Shown here piece by piece: positions 52,197-61,348 of a DNA stretch of 64,000 nucleotides. A program made the position numbers and the translations under genes. The notes under the pieces were generated by a model, which did no database searches, was not told where the DNA came from, and saw only the letters and a list, made by a program, of their open reading frames with translations. The stretch is from Coleofasciculus sp. B1-GNL1-01 (lineage in GTDB: Bacteria > Cyanobacteriota > Cyanobacteriia > Cyanobacteriales > Coleofasciculaceae), in assembly GCA_040220235.1 (NCBI GenBank), contig JAVJTO010000102.1; one strand, given 5' to 3'. The number at the start of each line of letters is the position of its first letter. Position 1 is the first letter of the stretch.

Positions 52197-53687
52197 ATGA
52201 CACCACGGGTTCGAGCACCAGAACTCCCCCAAGACGGCATCTGGTTAAATACCAATCACCCGCTTTCCCTGACGAATTTAAAAGGGCGAGTGGTGATTCT
52301 CGACTTTTGGACGTACTGCTGTATTAACTGTCTCCATGTTCTGCCAGACTTAAACTATTTAGAACAAAAATATAAAGATAGTCTGATTGTGATTGGTATT
52401 CACTCAGCTAAATTTGATAACGAAAAAGACACAGAAAATATTCGTCAGGCAATTCTTCGCTACGATGTCGAGCATCCCGTTGTTGTAGACGTTAATGGTA
52501 ATCTCTGGCAGCAGTATGCGGTTCGGGCGTGGCCCACATTAGTCGTGATTGACCCAGAAGGTTACGTGATTAGAGATGTGGCGGGCGAAGGGAATCGAGA
52601 GGTTCTCGATCAACTCATAGGAGAACTGATTCAGAAACACCAGCAAAAAGACACAATGACAATGGAGCCACTTCATTTCACGTTGGAAAAACAGCAACAT
52701 CCCCTCACTAATCCCTTGGCATTTCCCGGTAAAGTATTGGCTGATGAATTTAGCGATCGCCTATTTATTGCTGACTCTGGTCATCATCGGATTGTGGTGA
52801 GTACGTTGGCGGGTGAGGTGTTACATATTATTGGTACAGGTGAACCAGGATTAACCGATGGCACGTTTGCCGAAGCCCAATTTTTTGCGCCTCAAGGTAT
52901 CACCCTAGATCCCAACAACCAGCGTCTTTATGTAGCAGATACGGACAACCATTGCTTGCGCTGCATTCATCTAGAAACTGAGCAAGTTGAAACCCTTGCG
53001 GGTACGGGTGAGCAAAGTCGCCAGATTGAACCCCATAGTGGTTTAGGGTTACAAACAGCATTGAATTCACCGTGGGATCTTGAAAAAATTGATAATCGCC
53101 TGCTAATTGCCATGGCGGGTTCTCATCAAATCTGGGAAATGCAGCTTGAAACGGGTGAGATTGGCACATACACGGGGACAGGTGCAGAAGCCTGCTTAGA
53201 TGGTTCACTTCAGGAAGCCGCCTTTGCTCAACCCAGTGGGATTACCAGCGATGGTCGAGAACTTTACGTGGCTGATAGTGAAGTGAGTTCGATTCGGGGA
53301 GTGGGTCTAATTAATAATTTACCCGTGCGGACAATTTGTGGCAGTGGGGAACTGTTTGAATTTGGCGATCGCGATGGTAAAAAGTCAGAGGTACGACTCC
53401 AGCACTGTTTAGGGGTGGAATATACCCAAAATTACCTCTGGGTAGCAGATACTTATAATCACAAAATTAAGCGTGTCGATCCGACAACAGGGAGTTGTCA
53501 GACGTTGTTAGGGAACGGACAAGCGGGACACCGCGACGGTCAGAGTCATGAAGCAGAGTTTGCCGAACCTTCTGGAGTCAGTGCGATCGCGGCTCGTCTC
53601 TACATCGCTGATACGAATAATCATGCGATCCGTTGTGTTGATTTAGGCACGTTAGAAGTGACCACTTTAAATTTGAGCGGGTATTAG
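52197..53687 (+). CDS. Thioredoxin-like + NHL repeat protein (NHLRC2/SOQ1-like)
   Basis: DFWTYCCINC, IGIHSAKF, WPT; NHL blades IADSGHHRI, VADTDNH, IADTNNHAIR. Confidence 0.9.
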   Translation: MTPRVRAPELPQDGIWLNTNHPLSLTNLKGRVVILDFWTYCCINCLHVLPDLNYLEQKYKDSLIVIGIHSAKFDNEKDTENIRQAILRYDVEHPVVVDVNGNLWQQYAVRAWPTLVVIDPEGYVIRDVAGEGNREVLDQLIGELIQKHQQKDTMTMEPLHFTLEKQQHPLTNPLAFPGKVLADEFSDRLFIADSGHHRIVVSTLAGEVLHIIGTGEPGLTDGTFAEAQFFAPQGITLDPNNQRLYVADTDNHCLRCIHLETEQVETLAGTGEQSRQIEPHSGLGLQTALNSPWDLEKIDNRLLIAMAGSHQIWEMQLETGEIGTYTGTGAEACLDGSLQEAAFAQPSGITSDGRELYVADSEVSSIRGVGLINNLPVRTICGSGELFEFGDRDGKKSEVRLQHCLGVEYTQNYLWVADTYNHKIKRVDPTTGSCQTLLGNGQAGHRDGQSHEAEFAEPSGVSAIAARLYIADTNNHAIRCVDLGTLEVTTLNLSGY

Positions 53688-53747
53688 GGCTGTTGCCTTT
53701 TCACTTAACTTTTTGTTCACCATTTATCTAAGATTACTGTATAGATA

Positions 53748-54115
53748 ATGACACTCTCTACGGAAAAAACTCCCCAACCATTCCACCAACTGAAGCAGAA
53801 GCGAATATTGCTCAAGCGAGTTATCAACTATTAGCATCTTATGTTCAAAACAACGGAAAACCTATCACTATTTAAGTGATACAAGAAGACGCTAAGCTGT
53901 TCGGCATTTAAACCTTAATATCAATAATGACAAAAGCCTTGTAGTGCGTTTAGCGAAGCCATGCCGCAGGCTTTGCATCTTGCTCGCTACTAATACCCAA
54001 TTTAAATGCATGACAGCTTACAAGCGAGACTGTGACGATTCCCGCCGCCACCTTTCATCGGTTAGTTGAGACTTTGACACAGATGAGTCAAGGGCATGAA
54101 GTCAAGGTAACATAA
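53748..54115 (+). pseudogene. Degraded gene (resembles N-terminal part of excisionase-family DNA-binding proteins) interrupted by a MITE
   Basis: After removing the MITE and one TA the frame reads PTIPPTEAEANIAQASYQLLASYV...TI*VIQEDATSETVTIPAATFHRLVETLTQMSQGHEVKVT*. Confidence 0.55.
53895..54018. mobile_element. MITE (AGCTGT...ACAGCT ends, TA duplication), copy 2
   Basis: Reverse complement of 30373-30520 minus an internal duplication; flanked by TA on both sides. Confidence 0.88.
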
Positions 54116-54205
54116 CACTGCTAAAAGATTGCAATTTACGTCGAGAGGGATTAAATTGCAAACTTAAGATATGACCTTCACAGTTTCTTTACTTGATTAT
54201 CATCT

Positions 54206-55510
54206 GTGAATCACACTGAAACTCGACAACTCGGCTTCTTTTCCCTCGCCGCTTTACTGGTATCGGCACATTATGGTTTGGGATTTGTTCTCGGAACCGC
54301 CGAAAAAGCCTTGACCTTGGGTTGGGCGGGTAGCCTCTATCCGATTTCTATTGCCCTAGGAACCCTTATTCTCCTGGGATTTGCCCGATTCTATTGGCGG
54401 TCAGTTGAACCAATCTGGACGCTACTGGGGAAACGCTACGGACATCCCGTCAAAGTGCTGGTGGGAATCATGTCCTGGTTATCGCTAATTGGGATTTTTG
54501 CGGTGCAAATTATTGCGGGCGCATTTATCCTCAAAGTCTTAGATTTACCCGTACAGCCCAGTATGCTAGGCTTAGCTCTAGTCTTTCTGCTCTCTTCTAT
54601 ACTGCCGATTGAGAAAGCCAGTTGGCTATTCCGGGGATTGTTGGGGTTCAATATCCTGGCATTATTGTACGCGATCGCGAAATTGCACGCTGTTCCTCTC
54701 TATTTGCACGCCCCAGTGGATTTCATCCCCGCCCTGCACCAGATGAGTCCCCCAGCTTTAATCGGCATCTCTTTATCCACAGTCTTGCTGGTGTTAATTG
54801 ATATGAAATATCACCAGTTTGTCGTGCAAGCGAGGAATATGCGTAGCCTTTATATTGGCTGTGTCTTGGCGGCTATCTTATTCCTATTTCTGGCATTGTT
54901 ACCCTCTGCTGTAGTGATTGCTACCAAAACTGCCGGAATTTTACCCACCGATATTGATGGCAAAGCAATCATTCCTTGGCTTTTCTTATGGCTAGGTGGA
55001 GGCGCAAACCACTTGGGGGGACAGTTATTGATTTTATCCTTAATTGTACCCGCTTTAGGAGTCGGAAGTAGTATTTTGCGGGTGCAGACGAAGGTGGTTT
55101 TGGACTTTGAGTTGATTCCCGATTCTCAACTGAATCGGCTACTCGTTGCTATCACCAATACCGGATTAGGACTAGCTGTCGCGTTGAAGGGGGGTTCAAT
55201 TATTAGTCTCATTGTCTTATTTTATGCCGTATATGTGGCAACCGTTTGGGTTCCTTTTGCCGCTTACCTCGTCGCTGAAACTGGACGCTATACGTTTACC
55301 GCGAGTAGTGTTCGGCTGGCATTAATTATTAGTGGTGTATCATCAGTGGCAATGCTAATCTTGAGCTTGATCAAACCGGAAGCCGCTTTTTTTAACAGTG
55401 CCGAGTTAAGTATTATTCTGTTGGGTATTGGCTTTGGGTGCTTGGGATTAGGTTTAGGTGAGATCATTGAGAAGTATTTGCCTATTTCTCCGATCAAAGA
55501 AGAATTATAA
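54206..55510 (+). CDS. Multi-pass membrane transporter, probably sodium:solute symporter-like
   Basis: About 12 hydrophobic segments; SAHYGLGFVLGTAEKA, LGKRYG and HQFVVQAR resemble SSS-family motifs. Confidence 0.65.
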   Translation: MNHTETRQLGFFSLAALLVSAHYGLGFVLGTAEKALTLGWAGSLYPISIALGTLILLGFARFYWRSVEPIWTLLGKRYGHPVKVLVGIMSWLSLIGIFAVQIIAGAFILKVLDLPVQPSMLGLALVFLLSSILPIEKASWLFRGLLGFNILALLYAIAKLHAVPLYLHAPVDFIPALHQMSPPALIGISLSTVLLVLIDMKYHQFVVQARNMRSLYIGCVLAAILFLFLALLPSAVVIATKTAGILPTDIDGKAIIPWLFLWLGGGANHLGGQLLILSLIVPALGVGSSILRVQTKVVLDFELIPDSQLNRLLVAITNTGLGLAVALKGGSIISLIVLFYAVYVATVWVPFAAYLVAETGRYTFTASSVRLALIISGVSSVAMLILSLIKPEAAFFNSAELSIILLGIGFGCLGLGLGEIIEKYLPISPIKEEL

Positions 55511-55653
55511 GTCATTTTTCATTTGTCCTCCGTCCTTTGTCATCCGTTTTGATGTATCACCGCCAGAAAGATGTAAGATTAGCGATCGCCTGCGGTAGGT
55601 TACGCGATCGCGCTGTAGAGATAAGGATCGCGCTAAAATAACCCTGATATCCA

Positions 55654-55893
55654 ATGGTTGAAGTCAAAATGGAAGTTTTTCAACTGACAACTACTGTCAA
55701 TGCCTCCGGTCATTTAGTTCTTGATATTCCCACACAACTCTCTCCAGGCCCCGTGAATATTGTGCTGGTACTCAGTTCATCTGTTGGATCTAAAGTGCCA
55801 AACCAGAACTATGATTTTTCTGATTTGGCAGGGCGACTGAATTGGCGAGGAGATGCAGTAGCCATACAAAGGGCTTTACGAGATGAGTGGTAA
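55654..55893 (+). CDS. Putative antitoxin
   Basis: Small ORF overlapping the PIN gene; C-terminal DAVAIQRALRDEW. Confidence 0.72.
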   Translation: MVEVKMEVFQLTTTVNASGHLVLDIPTQLSPGPVNIVLVLSSSVGSKVPNQNYDFSDLAGRLNWRGDAVAIQRALRDEW

Positions 55894-56260
55894 TCGCTAT
55901 GTACTGGATACGAATGCTATCGTTGCTTTATTACAAGGCAATCTCCAATTGGTTCAATTACTCCAGAATGCTAGTTGGATTGGTATTTCGATTATTAGCC
56001 AGATTGAGTTTCTGGTGTTTTCTGGACTAACTGAAGCGGATCGCCAGCTTTTCCAACAATTTGTTCAACGAGTGGAGGTTGTGGGTTTAACAGCAGGTGA
56101 TGCAACCTTGATTGAGAAGATTATCGAAATTCGTCAGCAATATCGCTTGAAACTACCCGATGCCACAATTGCAGCGATCGCAATCCAAAATAGAGCAAGT
56201 TTGGTAACGGCTGATCGGGAGTTCTCAAAAGTCACGCAGTTGACAGTTACCACTTGGTAG
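55883..56260 (+). CDS. PIN-domain (VapC family) toxin
   Basis: YVLDTNA, SQIEFL, LKLPDATIAA, LVTADREF. Confidence 0.9.
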   Translation: MSGNRYVLDTNAIVALLQGNLQLVQLLQNASWIGISIISQIEFLVFSGLTEADRQLFQQFVQRVEVVGLTAGDATLIEKIIEIRQQYRLKLPDATIAAIAIQNRASLVTADREFSKVTQLTVTTW

Positions 56261-56400
56261 TGAGTCATTGTTGGATCTGAAACTTGATCTAGGTTGCTCA
56301 ATTGCTCGATCAGTTACCAATTAATGGAATGGTGCGTTCTGATCAAGATGTTTGGTTTGAGAGCAGGGGTTGAATTCAGGAACGCACCCTACAAGATTAG

Positions 56401-56760
56401 CTAGTCAGATTTCTGCTGTTGATCGGGAAACTTACACTTGACTTCAATTTCAAAATGACCCTCGGCTGAACTTTGAGTAATAAAAGGAACCCCAGTCTGA
56501 CCAGCTAGTTTAATCCCAAATTTTATCGTCACTTCTTCAATTTGAGCATCGGTAAAATTTTTAAATGCTCCCAGCGCAAATTTGGTGTAGCCGCGAATCC
56601 TTTGGTGAACTTTTTGAATGTCAACTTTTGGTTTTAGCGCACGGGTTCCTGGTTCCTCTTCGTCTAATTCTGCTGGAAGTTCAGTGTCTATTTTTGATTC
56701 AATAAACAATTCGTATTCCTGATCGTCCTCTCTAACAAGCAGGCGTTCTATGTCTGACAT
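56401..56760 (-). CDS. Trypco1/CU044_2847-like protease-associated small protein
   Basis: C-terminal EEVTIKFGIKLAGQTGVPFITQSSAEGHFEIEVK beta-hairpin pattern; divergent from a caspase gene. Confidence 0.7.
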   Translation of the reverse strand: MSDIERLLVREDDQEYELFIESKIDTELPAELDEEEPGTRALKPKVDIQKVHQRIRGYTKFALGAFKNFTDAQIEEVTIKFGIKLAGQTGVPFITQSSAEGHFEIEVKCKFPDQQQKSD

Positions 56761-56835
56761 GAGTAGCCTCGGTTAGTTTATAATTGCTATCTTAGTAAAG
56801 ATATTCTACACCTTCTAACTATCAGGTTGGGCAAG

Positions 56836-59800
56836 ATGGCTCGATACGCACTGGTGATTGGTATTGCCAATTACAATAACTTTAACAGTTTAGAGAAAGC
56901 AGTTGTTGATGCCGAAGCGATCGCGCAGCGTTTAGAACGCCATGGAAACTTCCAGGAGGTAAAGCGTCTACCTCGTAAGTGGCTGAACGATGAAAATCGC
57001 TGGGCGGTAGCTAGTGACAAGAAGCTCAAAGGGAAGGAACTGGGTGATGAACTGAGAACCTTTCTCTTAGAGCAAGCCGTTAAAAATGAAGCCGTAATCT
57101 ATTTTGCAGGGCATGGCTTCCCGGTGTCAAGTTGTCTGGGAGTAGCGGAGGGATATTTGGCAACCTCCGATTGTACCAACGATGGGCGCAATGCCATTTT
57201 ATTACGGCATCTAAATGCGTTAATTGCTCAATCTGACCTCAGTAGTCTAGTCATACTCCTAGATTGCTGTTATGCTGGCACGTTACTAGAAAAGCAGCTA
57301 CTACAGCCCACCTTTACGGCTTTTAATACGAAGCGAGATTATTACCTAATTACAGCCTGTCGAGGGTTTGAAAAAGCCTATGAAGGTGAAGACCACGGTT
57401 ATTTTACCCGAGCGATTCTCAAAGGACTATCTGTAGAGAACGCGGATGAAAAGGGGCAAGTTAGTGGCGATCGTTTATTTGATTTTATTGCCTCAGAACT
57501 TAAGGGTAGTGGGCAAGAACCAATTCGTCTGGGATGGGGACGTTGTATTACTCTAGTCCAGTATCCGCACAAACAGACAACTAGAGTAATTGATGAAACT
57601 TGTCCCTATCAGGGTTTAAAAGCTTTTGACAAAGAGCAGGCGCAGTTCTTTTTTGGGCGAGAGAAGGTTGTTCAACAATTGATAGAAAAGCTGCTTAAAG
57701 CAAATTTTGTGCCAATTATTGGGGCGTCTGGGAGTGGAAAATCATCAGTAGTTAGGGCAGGATTGATTCCTCAGTTAGAGAAAAACGGTTGGCGAGTCTT
57801 AGAACCAATATTACCAGGAATTGAGCCGTTAGCTGAATTGAAACGGGCTTTAATAACGCTATTTGAGCGTTCAAATTTTCGGGAGATTTACTCTTGGATC
57901 GAGACAGAGGGTTTACGTCCAGTTATTGAAAAGTTACCGAATGAGGAACCTTTTTTGCTGATCATAGACCAATTTGAGGAAGTATTCACAGTTTGTTTCA
58001 AAGAGAAAGAAAGACACCAGTTTATTGAATTACTCACTCAGGTTACGGAAATTCCTGATTCGCCCTTGGCAATTGTAATCACGATGCGAGCAGATTTTCT
58101 GGAACCCTGTTTGCATTATGAATCACTGACTCACCTGATTCAACACGAAGCCTTATATATGCCTCCATTGGTGGGTGCAGAATTAGAGGAAGCGATCGCG
58201 ACACCTGCCAATCTCCAAGGTTATCAGTTGGAAACAGGACTCTTGGGAGCTATTCTACAAGATGTCGGTCAAGAAAAGGGTTGTTTACCTCTATTACAGT
58301 TTGCGCTAACAGAACTTTGGCAGCAGCGAGACCGAGAAACTCATCAATTAACATTAACCAATTATAATAAACTGGGTGGAGTAATTGGAGCGCTCAATCG
58401 TCATGCCCAAACCTTGTATAAAGACTTTACAGAACAAGAACAAGAATGGGTTAAGCAAATTTTTCTCAAGCTAGTGCGAACGGGGGTACAAGAGAAGGAT
58501 ACACGGCAACGACAGCCAAAAGCCAAACTACTCGCGATCGCCGGAGATAACCAGACTCACCAAAATACTATTAGCAAAGTCCTTGACAAGTTGGTTGATG
58601 GACGGTTGTTAGTCACCAATCGAGATGTAGAAGAATGGGTGGATGTAGCTCATGAAGCTTTGATGGATGGATGGGAAACTTTTGCTCAATGGCGTCAAGA
58701 AAATCGGGAACTACGGCGATTGATTGACAGAATGGAAGATGCTTATCAAGAATGGAAAAAGCATCCAATCGATCAAAATTTAATTATGGGTGGCTTGCTC
58801 GTGCAAGCGCGGAAAAAATGGCAAGAACTGAAATTAAATTTAGATGATGAACTGGTGTTATTTTACAAAATTAGCATTTTTTATGAACAAGATATAATTA
58901 GTACTGTAGAAGGATTGAGAACTGAATCAAAGTTGCGAGAACAAGCAATTAAGGTTTCTAACTTACTGCCGCTAAAACCTCTAGAGGGTTTGTTACTGGC
59001 AATTGGATCAATGGGTTTTAATTTGAACAAATTGCCACAACAGATTCTCACTCCAGTTCTGTCTAACCTCAGTCAAGCAATGGAACTAAGCCGAGTCCCA
59101 ATTCTTTGCCACGGGCATGAAAATTTCATTTTGTCAGTTGCTTTTAGTCCAAATGGTCAGATGATTGCCACTAGCGGCGTAGACAAGACCGTGCGCCTGT
59201 GGAATTTACAGGGTCAACCTATTGGTCAACCCTTTCAAGGACACGAGGCTGCCATCCATTCAGTCGCTTTTAGTCCAGATGGGCAAACAATTGTTAGTGG
59301 AGGTGAGGACAAAACCATCCGCTTGTGGAATCTACAGGGTCAACCTATTGGTCAACCCTTCCAAGGACACGAGGATTCCATCCATTCAGTCGCTTTTAGT
59401 CCAGATGGGCAAATAATCGTTAGTGGAGGTGAAGACAAAACCATCCGCTTGTGGAATTTACAGGGTCAACCTATTGGTCAACCCTTTCAAGGACATGATA
59501 GTTCCGTCTATTCAGTCGCGTTCAGCCCAGATGGGAACATGATTGCGAGTGGCAGTTGGGATAAGACAGTGCGCTTGTGGAATTTACAGGGGCAACCTAT
59601 TGGTCAACCCTTTCAAGGACATAAGACTTCTGTTAGATCAGTAACCTTTAGTCCAGATGGGAACATAATTGCGAGTGGCAGTGGGGATAAGACAGTGCGT
59701 TTGTGGAATTTACAGGGGCAACCTATTGGTCAACCTTTCCAAGGACATGAGAATAACGTTATGTCTGTAGCCTTTAGTCCAGATGGGCAAATCATTGCCA

Positions 59801-60999
59801 GTGGCAGTTGGGATAAGACAGTGCGCTTGTGGAATTTACAAGGGCAACCTATTGGTCAACCTTTCCAAGGACATAACGATTCCGTTAGTTCAGTTGCCTT
59901 TAGTCCAGATGGACAGATGATGGCTAGTACCAGTGGCAGTTGGGACAAGATAGTATACCTGTGGGACTTACGGAGTCACCTCATCGGTCAATCGTTCCGG
60001 GGACATGAGGGTGCTGTTAATTCAGTAGCTTTTAGCCCTAATGGGCAAATAATTGTTAGTGGCGGTGAGGATAAAACCTTACGTCTATGGGATTTACAGG
60101 GCAATCTAATTAGCACACCCTTTCAGGGACATGAGAATAATGTTACGTCTGTAGCCGTTAGCCCAGACGGTCAAATGATAATTAGTGGTAGTTGGGATGG
60201 GACAATACGTTTGTGGGACTTACAAGGTAACCTGATTAATCCACCATTTCGGGGACATACAGATTCTGTTTGGTCTGTAGCCTTTAGCCCCAATGGTCAA
60301 ATGATTGTTAGTGGCAGTAGAGATTGGACAGTGCGCTTATGGGATTTGCAGGGTAACCCAATTAGCCAATCCTTAAAAGGACATCCACATTCTGTGAGAT
60401 CTGTAGCCGTTAGCCCAGATGGTCAGATCATTGCTAGTGGTAGTTGGGATAAAACAATTCAGTTATGGAATTTACAATGTGAGCCAATTAATAAAGGATT
60501 TAAATTTAGAGGACATCAGTCTTCTGTATTCTGTGTTGCTTTTAGCCCAAATGGTCAAACCATTGTTAGTGGTAGTCGGGATAGGACAGTACGCTTGTGG
60601 GACGTACAGGGCAATCCCATTGGTCAACCTTTCCAAGGACATGAGTTTCCTGTGACTTCCGTTGCTTTTAATCCAGATGGTCAATCGATCGTTAGTGGTA
60701 GTGAGGATGGAACAGTACGTTTGTGGGACTTGCAAGGCAACCCCATTGGTAAACCATTCCAAAAGCATGAGGGAGCGGTGAGGTCAGTTGCTTTTAGTCC
60801 AGATGGTCAAATGGTGGTTAGTGGTAGTAGCGATGGGACGATATGTTTATGGCGTGGTCATTGGCGGGCATGGTTAAACGTTTGCTGCGATCGCCTCCGC
60901 TATCATCCTGTCTTCCAAAACCCTCAAACTGAAGTAGACAATCAAGCCTACGAAACCTGTCGTCAGTATGTTTGGGATACCTATAATTTGATTGATTAG
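56836..60999 (+). CDS. Caspase-like (C14) protease - STAND NTPase - 14x WD40 protein
   Basis: ALVIGIANY, YFAGHG (His), LDCCYAG (Cys); CPYQGL, FFGRE, GASGSGKSS, IIDQFEEVF, LPLLQFAL, VAHEAL; 14 WD40 repeats; ATG 56836 preferred over TTG 56827. Confidence 0.92.
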   Translation: MARYALVIGIANYNNFNSLEKAVVDAEAIAQRLERHGNFQEVKRLPRKWLNDENRWAVASDKKLKGKELGDELRTFLLEQAVKNEAVIYFAGHGFPVSSCLGVAEGYLATSDCTNDGRNAILLRHLNALIAQSDLSSLVILLDCCYAGTLLEKQLLQPTFTAFNTKRDYYLITACRGFEKAYEGEDHGYFTRAILKGLSVENADEKGQVSGDRLFDFIASELKGSGQEPIRLGWGRCITLVQYPHKQTTRVIDETCPYQGLKAFDKEQAQFFFGREKVVQQLIEKLLKANFVPIIGASGSGKSSVVRAGLIPQLEKNGWRVLEPILPGIEPLAELKRALITLFERSNFREIYSWIETEGLRPVIEKLPNEEPFLLIIDQFEEVFTVCFKEKERHQFIELLTQVTEIPDSPLAIVITMRADFLEPCLHYESLTHLIQHEALYMPPLVGAELEEAIATPANLQGYQLETGLLGAILQDVGQEKGCLPLLQFALTELWQQRDRETHQLTLTNYNKLGGVIGALNRHAQTLYKDFTEQEQEWVKQIFLKLVRTGVQEKDTRQRQPKAKLLAIAGDNQTHQNTISKVLDKLVDGRLLVTNRDVEEWVDVAHEALMDGWETFAQWRQENRELRRLIDRMEDAYQEWKKHPIDQNLIMGGLLVQARKKWQELKLNLDDELVLFYKISIFYEQDIISTVEGLRTESKLREQAIKVSNLLPLKPLEGLLLAIGSMGFNLNKLPQQILTPVLSNLSQAMELSRVPILCHGHENFILSVAFSPNGQMIATSGVDKTVRLWNLQGQPIGQPFQGHEAAIHSVAFSPDGQTIVSGGEDKTIRLWNLQGQPIGQPFQGHEDSIHSVAFSPDGQIIVSGGEDKTIRLWNLQGQPIGQPFQGHDSSVYSVAFSPDGNMIASGSWDKTVRLWNLQGQPIGQPFQGHKTSVRSVTFSPDGNIIASGSGDKTVRLWNLQGQPIGQPFQGHENNVMSVAFSPDGQIIASGSWDKTVRLWNLQGQPIGQPFQGHNDSVSSVAFSPDGQMMASTSGSWDKIVYLWDLRSHLIGQSFRGHEGAVNSVAFSPNGQIIVSGGEDKTLRLWDLQGNLISTPFQGHENNVTSVAVSPDGQMIISGSWDGTIRLWDLQGNLINPPFRGHTDSVWSVAFSPNGQMIVSGSRDWTVRLWDLQGNPISQSLKGHPHSVRSVAVSPDGQIIASGSWDKTIQLWNLQCEPINKGFKFRGHQSSVFCVAFSPNGQTIVSGSRDRTVRLWDVQGNPIGQPFQGHEFPVTSVAFNPDGQSIVSGSEDGTVRLWDLQGNPIGKPFQKHEGAVRSVAFSPDGQMVVSGSSDGTICLWRGHWRAWLNVCCDRLRYHPVFQNPQTEVDNQAYETCRQYVWDTYNLID

Positions 61000-61066
61000 G
61001 CTTGCGTGCAGAAATTGTAGGGGCGCAAGGCTTGCGCCCGATTTAATCAATGCTGCAATAGATTTT

Positions 61067-61172
61067 TATAGCACTACGCACACAGGTTAGGACGTCACTG
61101 AATCCCAGTCATGAACTGATAATAGGCAATAAGGAACTGTAAAATCTCCTAACCTGCCTTGGTAAGGCTATA
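61067..61172. mobile_element. Putative ~106-bp TATAGC-ended MITE
   Basis: TATAGC-N10-CAGGTTAGGA at both ends in inverted orientation. Confidence 0.65.
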
Positions 61173-61182
61173 CAGTTAAATC

Positions 61183-61252
61183 GGGCGCACGTCTGTGCAA
61201 TAAAAGGGCGCACGTCTGTGCAATAAAAGGGCGCACGTCTGTGCGCCCCTAC
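61183..61252. repeat. 23-bp tandem repeat of a REP arm (GGGCGCACGTCTGTGCAATAAAA) ending in GCGCCCCTAC
   Basis: Three consecutive GGGCGCACGTCTGTGC units. Confidence 0.88.
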
Positions 61253-61348
61253 TGTTTGTGGACATCATTCTAATCACTAAAATTAGGCGTGCTACGCCAG
61301 TAGAGACGTTGCAGGCAACGTCTCTACAATATTGCCAACACGAACGAT

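Noticed and set aside
59110..60860. Diversity-generating retroelement acting on the WD40 repeats
   Set aside because: No reverse transcriptase or separate template repeat is visible, and differences are not confined to adenines.
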